Shown here: positions 56,501 to 64,000 of the stretch, in pieces
Layout: each line of letters starts with the position of its first letter
Position numbering within the stretch: position 1 is the stretch's first letter
Source: a virus
DNA length: 64,000 nucleotides
Direction: 5' to 3' (one strand)
IMG/VR virus record: IMGVR_UViG_3300008448_000032
Span: 1 to 64,000 of that record
The notes under the pieces: generated by a model
Databases searched by the model: none
What the model was told of the DNA's origin: nothing
Seen by the model: the letters and a program-made list of their open reading frames with translations, nothing else
Position numbers and translations under genes: made by a program

Positions 56501-57952
56501 CACTTTATCCCCTATGTTGGAGATTTCACGATCACCTGCAATCTATATGATGCCTTTAACGCGAAGTCAACTAAGATTAAAGGGAAAAGTTTAAATATAC
56601 AACCAAAGAAAATAAAATTAGAATCTTGGGCTTCCGAAGAAGCTAGCTCTTGGACTAGATATAGAGAAGTAGAAAATTATATCTGGGAAAATGTTATTAG
56701 GGGATGGGACTCTTATGAATCTATTTGGGAATTTCCGGCAGAAGGGAAAAGTGAATCTAAGATGAAAAATCTAATCCCCGAAGAGATATTAGATTTTGCA
56801 TTTTATGGAAATAAAGCCGAAGAAGGACAAGATGTTTACGTTAAAGTCAAAACCACCCCGGTCGGAGCTACAGGAGAAATACTTTTATCACAATCGTTTT
56901 TGAACGTCTCTGAGATATATTCTTTAGAGGTAACACCTTCTCAATATGGATACGTGAGAATATCTTTCTCCTCCCCCCACGGATTAAGCACCGGGGATTA
57001 CGCTTATATTGTAAATACGATTCCGGAATTAGAGGGAAGCTGGAACATAACTGTTATTTCCCCACTAGAGATAAGAATAAACACCGTATTAGAATCTGTA
57101 TGGTCTGGAGTTATATCTTCTGTCTCGCCTAATAGATTAAATGTGGATTCTTCTATATACACTTCCCAGCAAATAACAGGAAGTGGAGATGTTTCGGTTG
57201 TAGTTGGAGGGGTTACTATAGGATCTACTATTGCAGGTGAATCCCTTTATAACACTACAAATTATTTAATTTCTTCGATAAACAATCTAACCACATATCC
57301 AGATTATTTTGCAACCTGTTTAGACCCAACTTCTAACCCTACGTCAATAATCATAAATGCTTCCGATGATTTGGGTAGTACCCAAAATGGAGTTACCGTG
57401 ATTGTCAATACTGATGGTCTTTTATCCACTGTATATTACGATCCAACATTAGGTAATGGTTCTAGTCCTACAGAAACTTATGAATATTGGAGTGAGTCTA
57501 GTGAAAATTACCCTAATGAAAATTTAAAATTTTGGGGAACTAAAAGAATAAATTGGGATATATTCTTTAATAACACTTGGGAAGATGGATATGCTCATTC
57601 ATGGTTGGATTTTGAATTTAATAATGATTGGCTAGGAGGATTTGAATTACACAATTTAAGTATAGGGGATTTAATATCAGTTAGCTCTGGAATATTAACT
57701 CCTCCCGATACCAAAAATTATAATTCTTCTATTTACGGTTTAGGATTCTACGGGATAACAGGATCTACTATACAGGAAATAGCAAATGAATTAAACGGAA
57801 ATTCAAATTCCCACATAGGAAATTATTACTACAGGCCGGTTCCTAACGAAACAGGTTCCTTTAGTAGCGATTCCCCTCCGATTAATTTAGGAATAAGTAG
57901 TTTTGCCCCTTCGGTTTCTCCTTATCCGGCTCCTCCTTCGGTACCTGTGTAA
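53519..57952 (+). CDS. Large baseplate wedge protein (gp7-like) with inserted GxGY-repeat and other accessory domains
   Basis: FPYIGSYKGLINALKFFGY wedge motif; SPGLGYSSTP and GGSGYTSPP repeats; NPILNVVSGKSYTF...YYYC cupredoxin-like segment. Confidence 0.6.
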   Translation: MADLNLKFFNKRGNPLNFEYIGPTGPSPLDNVFRYKTNAVSSSNGDVIFQQSGPNYTFQFNYDDVNFFNIKEWASEVDYSIQRGAEVFLEGKVLSGNKFKGKIYSCVDNGTFILITIPVNSLTGQNIISGGSTIAFNTTYKNRPGGYFFGNMYFDQVSAGLYENEQIFITQQVIGPSGGKEYSYPRTLATGSTSGKWRTRWSNNNYGNIDVTEIIFTYKILDSLPEGEGHPLIVSYPNLAYTDVIVSPSDYYSNGNLISPTFNSSESKSLSVNVGLNGPEESEEVYERKLILEDISSGATGENVKKILEVNFYGQIIAEDERLKVLTNNLGRSFDPVDSIILRNHDPKEPLPNYEEINEKRKELLLAGEDIFPYIGSYKGLINALKFFGYQDLRIKEYWLNLDYTSVENITPPIVQNQQAINQIRSQVLQSGSQSYQIKDVLSNPNSGKYRLEQTYGPDSEGNYVLDVSSQYTLFPTDVYKKTSLFGLYYDINKVTSETDEYGYPVVVDAFAFTQEEVLIKLFGLKKKLKEEYLPLNARIIDITGEGVYFTVYNTRAWTDVNSDFVISSGKIFDFYINPDVSYIGDIRNFNIRPLDLSIQTPSIYGDSYDIGVNVLGGTGSALYFSGFPDLGITGPSGPNPILNVVSGKSYTFSLSTEGFTFYITESPSFSQQDPLGIIGNGATSGSESIVWNVSPNQSGPVYYYCPENYSINGTINVNPPQLSDLGNTINPLDFQQNYTAEQNRNLIKSINEYYQLQQEGKIEFLGDGKYDPPSYTDPSTNEQYRRPIGSPIVLELGLDRWSWDEMNVTWRSVNVPTFKVGDFVQIKSLQASLTPGISGGSISSVTINSPGLGYSSTPLITVTGGGGIGASLVPVITGTKITSISILSGGSGYTSPPTLNISFLPSGDSGYVVSTNYSLGTYDVQLTSNSMVYTFEDIDLISSNQVYSSMTWDNIDFSNLVEIEWIINKDSTQEGSPYNFEFRGPIVDFYSLAHFIPYVGDFTITCNLYDAFNAKSTKIKGKSLNIQPKKIKLESWASEEASSWTRYREVENYIWENVIRGWDSYESIWEFPAEGKSESKMKNLIPEEILDFAFYGNKAEEGQDVYVKVKTTPVGATGEILLSQSFLNVSEIYSLEVTPSQYGYVRISFSSPHGLSTGDYAYIVNTIPELEGSWNITVISPLEIRINTVLESVWSGVISSVSPNRLNVDSSIYTSQQITGSGDVSVVVGGVTIGSTIAGESLYNTTNYLISSINNLTTYPDYFATCLDPTSNPTSIIINASDDLGSTQNGVTVIVNTDGLLSTVYYDPTLGNGSSPTETYEYWSESSENYPNENLKFWGTKRINWDIFFNNTWEDGYAHSWLDFEFNNDWLGGFELHNLSIGDLISVSSGILTPPDTKNYNSSIYGLGFYGITGSTIQEIANELNGNSNSHIGNYYYRPVPNETGSFSSDSPPINLGISSFAPSVSPYPAPPSVPV

Positions 57953-58001
57953 TGATAGATTATACCTTTTTTAAAAAGGAATATATAATAAAAAAAGATT
58001 A

Positions 58002-61000
58002 ATGCCAGGAAGTAGTATTTATATAAATCAAATAGATTTAGATCCCAATTTTTTTGTTTGGGCCACCGGACAGGATTTAAGAAAATTTAATGGAAACTCG
58101 TGGGAATATTACGACAGTACAAATTCCTCGGTTCCTAGTGGATCCCCTTATTATTTGGATACGAGATCTATATCTATAGATTCCTCGGGGTTAGCTTGGT
58201 GCGGGGTAGCTCAAGGACCAACAGCTTCTTATAATTCTCCTTGTGTATTTAATGTTTCGACCGAGGATGTTTCAGTAGGAGAAAAATGGGATTTTTCTGA
58301 CCTTGGGAATTTTAATTTACCACAAGAGGTTTCCCTTGTATACTCTTCTCCTTACGGAAATGAAATTTTGACTTTTTTATCTCCTTTGAATGGGATAGGA
58401 TCTACAGGAGCAACCTCTTATACAAGAATAAATGGGGTTACCGGGGGTAGACTATTCTTTTACGATAAAAATATAGAAAAATGGAACGAGACCCTTCCTG
58501 GATATACGTGGCCCCATATATTTGAAATAAAGGCAAAAGGGTATAAAGGAAAAGAATATAAATATTTTCTAGGAACTACCCAAGGTTTATGGATAGTTCC
58601 CCCTGGAATTCTTTCTACTATTTCATTAGAAGGAGGAGGAGAAATAGTTAAACAATCAAAAGTTTACAATACAAGTACCAGTGGCATAATATCCAATCAA
58701 GTATACACTTTAGATTTTGACGAAAATGGAAATCTTTGGATAGGAACGGATCAAGGGATATCCTTTTTCGATGGACATAAATTCTGGAATTACGATACTT
58801 CTGGCCCGGTCACATACATAAAATCGAGAGAAAATGGACACGTTTTCTATTCCATAGGGGACGGGGAGCTTTCCCAGGGAACTGGGCTTTGGCATTTTAA
58901 TGGAACTACGCATACTAACATTAATTCTTCTAATTCGAATCTTCCGAATGATAATATAATAAATATAGATCTAATAGAAAATGGAACTAAGCAATCAAAT
59001 TTAACTTTATATGAAAATTCTTTATGGATTCTTTGTTTGAATGAAATTTCATCTTTTACTTATGATCTTCCCCATGTTTATGCTTCTTCCAAAAGCGAAG
59101 GAGCTACTGGGTGGAATTTTACATATCGTGTTCCTTACGGGGGAACTGGAGCTACCGGAGCTCCCCCTCTAGCTAAAATGAATAAATATACATGGGGCTA
59201 TCCGGAATGGCAAACTTATGATACTGAATTTGTATCTTCTAAACTTCCCGGAACGGATCCTAGAAACCTTTTCCTTACTGTTCCTCTTAAAGATATTTCA
59301 GACGGAAAAGCTGGGGAGCAATACTATTGGAGTAATTCCCCGATAGCTAGTCATGAAGAAAAAGTTCTTAGCGAAAAAATAGGTCTTTCCATGTGGGAAT
59401 CCCCTGTCGGGGTAGGAGGATCCGGTGGAGATGTTAAAATCACATGCTCGACGTCAATAGAAACAGATTTGGGTATTAAGTATTTTGTAGGAGGGTATAT
59501 CACCGGTGAAACCCAAGCTTTCTTTGGGTATTATAACGATTCTTCTCTAGCATATGTTAATAACTTAAATCCGACTATAGGAGGATCTGGGGGAACTGCT
59601 GGATCTTCAAGTTATTATGGCGAAATGGGATTTGTTGTATGTTACGATTATTCTGGGTCTGTAGAAAGTATTTTACCTTTCAGGGGATATAAAACTAGAG
59701 TAGATTCTTTAGATCCTAGCCCTGATGATAATTCAATATCCGTTTCTGGAAGTTATTCCTGGTTCATAGAATCTGGACCTTGGGTATGGAATTCATGGGA
59801 GGGAGCTAATTCGTTTTCAGGAAATGGAGCTACCGGATCACCATACGGAGCGACTAATTTAAATTATCCAGGATTAACTTCAGGATCTTATCCTTGGATA
59901 TACGATCCGCTATCATCATTTTCAGTTTTATTTTCATCTTTTTGGACTTACGATCCAATGGCTACCTCTACAATTTCTTCTGGAGAATTTGATTTTTCAT
60001 ATGATGGATCTGGATATAATATAGAAAATATAAATGGGATCTACATATCTTTTATTGATGATACTTCTATCGATTATACATCTCAGATGGAAAGTCTTGT
60101 TACCGCAAATTCTATAGAAGTATCTCTATTCCCTTCTATTTATACTATTACTTCCATATCTTCGATACCATCAGGACTTTTTATAGGACTTATTTATCAA
60201 TCTGGATCTACTGGGGTTATTCCTTTTGTTGGGGGAACTAGTTTAAGATTAGATTTTTACGAATGGAACAACGAAGCATATCCTCTAGTTAAAAATATAG
60301 GATCTTTCCCTGGAACACCTGAAGCAAATTCATATGGCGTTTTCTCTGCGGAAATACACAGAGAGATAGGTGATAAATTCTCTTTTACCGGAATAACCGG
60401 CGATTATAATTCGGGAATAAATTCTTCTTATCGGGTTAAAAAATTTAGGAATTTCCCTGTTAAAAATTTAAATACCCTTTCGGGAAATAATTATGTTCCC
60501 CTTACCTCAATACAAAGGACTAATTACCATACGCATTTATTAATACAGTCCAATCTTTCTGGAAATCTTGCAGATCTATCCACTTTAAAAAATGATTGGA
60601 TCTGGACGAATGATAATTCTTCCGTTGATAATTACCTTTCGGATCCAGCTTATACCGGATTACTTTCTTATGTAAAGATAAATAATTTAGATTATTCTCT
60701 TCAATCCAATTATAATTCAAATACTCCTGGTTCTACTGGGGGATGGATAAGGGTTGGATCTGAAATAAATGCTTTAGATCTTGGTGAATCTGTTGTCATA
60801 ACCGGATCTGCTACTGGAGGATTTTATTTTTCTGGGAATTATCTTTCTCCTTCGGGATCTTCCAATTCTCCTTTTTATATATCGATAACCGATAACCCTG
60901 TAGGGTCTACTGGATTCTATTTAGAATCTTTTGGTCTTACCGGCAATAAAATAGATGTAACCAAGGATAAATCCCATTATTATATAACAACCGTTGTGGG

Positions 61001-62060
61001 ATCTTCAGGATCTTATTTTGGAAAAAATTTCGTAGCAGATCCAGATAAAACTTATTTTTTAACATCAAAGCTAACGGAACAAACGGTATGTAAAAGTATT
61101 TTTTATCCGTCAGTTACCGGATCGAATCCCTCTTTGGATTTAAAAAATACTTTGAAGCTTCCCAATGGACAATTTGTAGTTCATTATGAAGATTATGATG
61201 ATCTGTATACGGTAAAAGTTCTTAAGACTGATGAGGATTCTAGGATAAATGATATGATCACAGTATCCGGATTTAACGGGGATCTTTCTTTAAGTACAGA
61301 TTCGGATTCGAATATATTATTTTCTGGATTTAATTCTCTTGGTCTTACCGGATCAGCATATGTCAATTTTGGATATGTTAATGTTGGGTATATCGTTAAT
61401 GAAATACCAGAAACTTTTATAGACTTTGATTACATAGACGTAGGATATTTTGTCAATTCTGCAAGTGGATTCGTTTACCTTCTTAAACAATATAAGCCGA
61501 ATCTTGGTATAAATGAGGGAGAGATAATATCAAGACCGGGATCGGATCCTTGGGTATGGAGCGATTCCCACGTGAAAGAAGAGGGATCTTTTGAAGTACC
61601 GCTTATGTCTACGGTAATATTTAACAATTATTCTTCGGAAATATACGGAAAAAATAATAATAAATGGATATTAAGCAATTCAGCTACCGGGGAAGAAATT
61701 CTAAATATAAAATATTCTCCTTATTTCATTTATACTTTTACCGAAGAAGGGGAATACACTATATTTAATGAAGTTTCGGATTCGGAAGGAAATGTATATG
61801 CTACTACCGGTAACGGATTTATAAAAGTCATAGACCATAAAAAAATGAGAATCCCTGGAGTAAAAAGTGGACCTATAAATTCTATAAATTACGGAGCAGA
61901 GGGTCCTTTTGATATTAAATCTTATCAAGGAAATAAAGTAGCAAGAGATATAGAAAAAGAGCAAAAGGAGATAGAAAAAAATAATAAAATCAGATTTGCT
62001 CCAGCCGTAACCATAGAAGATAATCCAGATATTGCTTACAAAAAAGTAAATATAAAATAG
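58002..62060 (+). CDS. Large virion/tail protein with beta-propeller repeats and a C-terminal PKD-like domain
   Basis: SNQVYTLDFDENGNLWIGTDQGISFFDG and NLPNDNI regulator-propeller repeats; YTFTEEGEYTI. Confidence 0.6.
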   Translation: MPGSSIYINQIDLDPNFFVWATGQDLRKFNGNSWEYYDSTNSSVPSGSPYYLDTRSISIDSSGLAWCGVAQGPTASYNSPCVFNVSTEDVSVGEKWDFSDLGNFNLPQEVSLVYSSPYGNEILTFLSPLNGIGSTGATSYTRINGVTGGRLFFYDKNIEKWNETLPGYTWPHIFEIKAKGYKGKEYKYFLGTTQGLWIVPPGILSTISLEGGGEIVKQSKVYNTSTSGIISNQVYTLDFDENGNLWIGTDQGISFFDGHKFWNYDTSGPVTYIKSRENGHVFYSIGDGELSQGTGLWHFNGTTHTNINSSNSNLPNDNIINIDLIENGTKQSNLTLYENSLWILCLNEISSFTYDLPHVYASSKSEGATGWNFTYRVPYGGTGATGAPPLAKMNKYTWGYPEWQTYDTEFVSSKLPGTDPRNLFLTVPLKDISDGKAGEQYYWSNSPIASHEEKVLSEKIGLSMWESPVGVGGSGGDVKITCSTSIETDLGIKYFVGGYITGETQAFFGYYNDSSLAYVNNLNPTIGGSGGTAGSSSYYGEMGFVVCYDYSGSVESILPFRGYKTRVDSLDPSPDDNSISVSGSYSWFIESGPWVWNSWEGANSFSGNGATGSPYGATNLNYPGLTSGSYPWIYDPLSSFSVLFSSFWTYDPMATSTISSGEFDFSYDGSGYNIENINGIYISFIDDTSIDYTSQMESLVTANSIEVSLFPSIYTITSISSIPSGLFIGLIYQSGSTGVIPFVGGTSLRLDFYEWNNEAYPLVKNIGSFPGTPEANSYGVFSAEIHREIGDKFSFTGITGDYNSGINSSYRVKKFRNFPVKNLNTLSGNNYVPLTSIQRTNYHTHLLIQSNLSGNLADLSTLKNDWIWTNDNSSVDNYLSDPAYTGLLSYVKINNLDYSLQSNYNSNTPGSTGGWIRVGSEINALDLGESVVITGSATGGFYFSGNYLSPSGSSNSPFYISITDNPVGSTGFYLESFGLTGNKIDVTKDKSHYYITTVVGSSGSYFGKNFVADPDKTYFLTSKLTEQTVCKSIFYPSVTGSNPSLDLKNTLKLPNGQFVVHYEDYDDLYTVKVLKTDEDSRINDMITVSGFNGDLSLSTDSDSNILFSGFNSLGLTGSAYVNFGYVNVGYIVNEIPETFIDFDYIDVGYFVNSASGFVYLLKQYKPNLGINEGEIISRPGSDPWVWSDSHVKEEGSFEVPLMSTVIFNNYSSEIYGKNNNKWILSNSATGEEILNIKYSPYFIYTFTEEGEYTIFNEVSDSEGNVYATTGNGFIKVIDHKKMRIPGVKSGPINSINYGAEGPFDIKSYQGNKVARDIEKEQKEIEKNNKIRFAPAVTIEDNPDIAYKKVNIK

Positions 62061-62089
62061 GAAATTTTAATGGGTATCTGCTGTATAAT
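62061..62089 (+). promoter_or_regulatory. Putative promoter GAAAT-N18-TATAAT
   Basis: Intergenic; followed by GATATATA at 62126. Confidence 0.45.
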
Positions 62090-62150
62090 AAATAAGAATT
62101 CTAATTTTTAATTATTCAAAAAAACGATATATAAAAATAAAAAATAAAAA

Positions 62151-63065
62151 ATGGCATCAACTGTAAACATTACTGAAATTTTAGGATCTGATTCGATATC
62201 AGGATCTAGAATTACTATTAATTCTAATTTTTTAATCCTACAAAACTGGGTAAACGGATACGTTCAGGTTTTTGGAGTAGATACAACTAATGGTATATTA
62301 GATTTAACTACTGCATCAACCGGAAAAGTTGCAGCTAAGATAGGGAGATTCGATTCTCTTTCTTTACCTGCATCAGGAACCGCTTTAACCTCTTTTGATT
62401 CTTTAGGCGGATCTTCTTTTGTCTCCGTTTCCTCTACTAATGTTACAGTTTCTGGAGCCTTAACTGCTAATGGAACTATTACTTTTGGCTCAGGATCTTC
62501 TTTTGTCGCAGGAGGTACTTCGAGCTTCAATGGATCTTTAAGTGCAAATGCAGCCTTTAATTTAGGGGTTCAAGGTCACGTAATAAGTCAGAATACAACA
62601 GTTGCAACAGGATTAACTGCAGGGAGCCCATTTCCTTCTACATCTTTAGGAGGAGGGGGATATCAGACATCTACCTCTGCTTCTCCCTACGCAATAACTG
62701 GTCTAGAAGATGTCGTATTTGCAGATTGTGGGGCTCCTGCAGGATTTTATTTGAAAGTTGTAGATGGAACATCTCCAGTGGGCGGAACTTTACCGAATAT
62801 ACCCCAGGGAACAAGAGTAACAGTAGTAAATACTAGTGCTGCAACCGGATACATTTGGACAGGACTTACTGGATCTACTACTTATTATACGGGATTCAAT
62901 ACGGATTCTACTTATGGTGGGTATTCACCTTCGGGAATTGTAATACCGACATCTAAAGCATATAGATCTTCAGTTACTCTTCAATGGGAACCTAGAATAG
63001 GTCAGGGACAAGCTACGATGAATGGATCATGGGTAGTTATAGGATCTGCTAACGTTACGGTTTAA
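62151..63065 (+). CDS. G/S/T-rich virion fibre or appendage protein
   Basis: ITEILGSDSISGSRITINSNF N-terminus typical of fibre-like proteins; low-charge beta-rich body. Confidence 0.55.
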   Translation: MASTVNITEILGSDSISGSRITINSNFLILQNWVNGYVQVFGVDTTNGILDLTTASTGKVAAKIGRFDSLSLPASGTALTSFDSLGGSSFVSVSSTNVTVSGALTANGTITFGSGSSFVAGGTSSFNGSLSANAAFNLGVQGHVISQNTTVATGLTAGSPFPSTSLGGGGYQTSTSASPYAITGLEDVVFADCGAPAGFYLKVVDGTSPVGGTLPNIPQGTRVTVVNTSAATGYIWTGLTGSTTYYTGFNTDSTYGGYSPSGIVIPTSKAYRSSVTLQWEPRIGQGQATMNGSWVVIGSANVTV

Positions 63066-63080
63066 TAATATTATTTAAAA

Positions 63081-64000
63081 ATGGCAAAAACCCCTTTTAT
63101 TAGGCCACTTCAAGTACAGGGAGGTACTTTTTATACTTTTACCTCTTCTGCTGAGGATTTGGCTTTTACCTTTAACAATACTACAAATCAATTTAGGTTT
63201 TCTAAATTTGCCCTTTTAAATATACCCGATTTTGATAATAGTTCTTCGTCAGATACAAATTATGTTAGATTAAATGGTCCTGATGGAGCTTTTTTAGATT
63301 GGGCTAATAATACTCAGAAGATAATAACTGGAGATTCTAATATAGATTTTTCTCAAAGTTTTCAGAGTTATTGTTTAAATTTAGAATCTATTATAACTGG
63401 GGACGATAATTACGATCCTACTAAAAAACAAAATATATCCGAAAGGGTATTTTTTAAATGGCTTAAAGAAATAGGTGCCATAAGATTTAGACCCTCAAAT
63501 TCTAATGAGGTTTCTTCTTCTCTGGATCAGAATTTAGTGGTCAATGATTCAGAAGGACTTCCCATAACACAGAAGAGATATGTTGAAGGAGATGTTACCG
63601 CGGGTACTACTGGTGCTTATGGGATGACAGGATCTACATATAATAGAGTAGTTCAGTATTTAGGAAATTTGGATATAGTAAATTCTGTAACCAATAATAA
63701 TAATTCTTATTCTGAAGTTTATGTATATGTTCCTACGTCTGCAGGAAATACCCCAACGGTTTTATTTAAGAATGTGGTGGACAGTAATTATAAACCAGAT
63801 TACCAATGGACAAACAGCCCAATAAATCCATTAAATGATGAGTATTTATACGGAAGAAATTATACCGAAAATAATCCTAGTGGTTTAACTAATCTTGCAA
63901 TATACGACGACGATGTTCTAGGATCTCCTGTAGCAAATAGAATAGACACTGCTCTTAATGCTGGCGTTACTGGAAATTGGTATTCTCCTAGGGATACTGC
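63081..64000 (+). CDS. Structural protein, 3' truncated by window edge
   Basis: MAKTPFIRPLQVQGGTFYTFTSSAEDL..., frame appears open to the window end. Confidence 0.6.
   Translation, partial: MAKTPFIRPLQVQGGTFYTFTSSAEDLAFTFNNTTNQFRFSKFALLNIPDFDNSSSSDTNYVRLNGPDGAFLDWANNTQKIITGDSNIDFSQSFQSYCLNLESIITGDDNYDPTKKQNISERVFFKWLKEIGAIRFRPSNSNEVSSSLDQNLVVNDSEGLPITQKRYVEGDVTAGTTGAYGMTGSTYNRVVQYLGNLDIVNSVTNNNNSYSEVYVYVPTSAGNTPTVLFKNVVDSNYKPDYQWTNSPINPLNDEYLYGRNYTENNPSGLTNLAIYDDDVLGSPVANRIDTALNAGVTGNWYSPRDT

Noticed and set aside
947-62530. Numerous short opposite-strand or nested ORFs in the track (e.g. 947-1165, 2999-3352, 22512-22964, 38512-38928, 62264-62530)
   Set aside because: They lie inside longer, better-supported genes and have the F/S/L-rich composition of antisense shadows
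1-64000. Stop-codon reassignment as in some large phages
   Set aside because: Code 11 gives dense, full-length genes, and TAG ends genes cleanly (e.g. 4288, 10314, 12616, 62060)

Overview
AT-rich segment of a large T4-like (myovirus-type jumbo) phage genome read in standard code 11. The host is probably Bacteroidota (TAnnTTTG promoters, no Shine-Dalgarno motifs, a Q-rule signal peptide). The window runs from the 3' end of the major capsid gene, through about 37 kb of mostly unknown genes mixed with enzymes (Nudix, dNMP kinase, AsnB-like amidotransferase, SOD, M28 peptidase, Dda helicase, methyltransferase, cell-wall hydrolases, two homing-type nucleases, holin and endolysin candidates), into a baseplate/neck/tail module (gp53, hub, gp5, gp13, gp25, gp6 and gp7-like genes). 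The main signal is that about 25 unrelated proteins share an N-terminal leader (M-K-x-I-x-x-F-x-x-F...[ILV]-x-E) resembling the T4 internal-protein capsid-targeting sequence, mostly behind one late-promoter motif (GATATATA). This suggests a large head-packaged cargo system, including a duplicated cassette of a DUF1566-like gene plus a shared leader with a variable enzyme domain. Three promoter classes are visible. All calls come from reading motifs by eye; no database searches were run.
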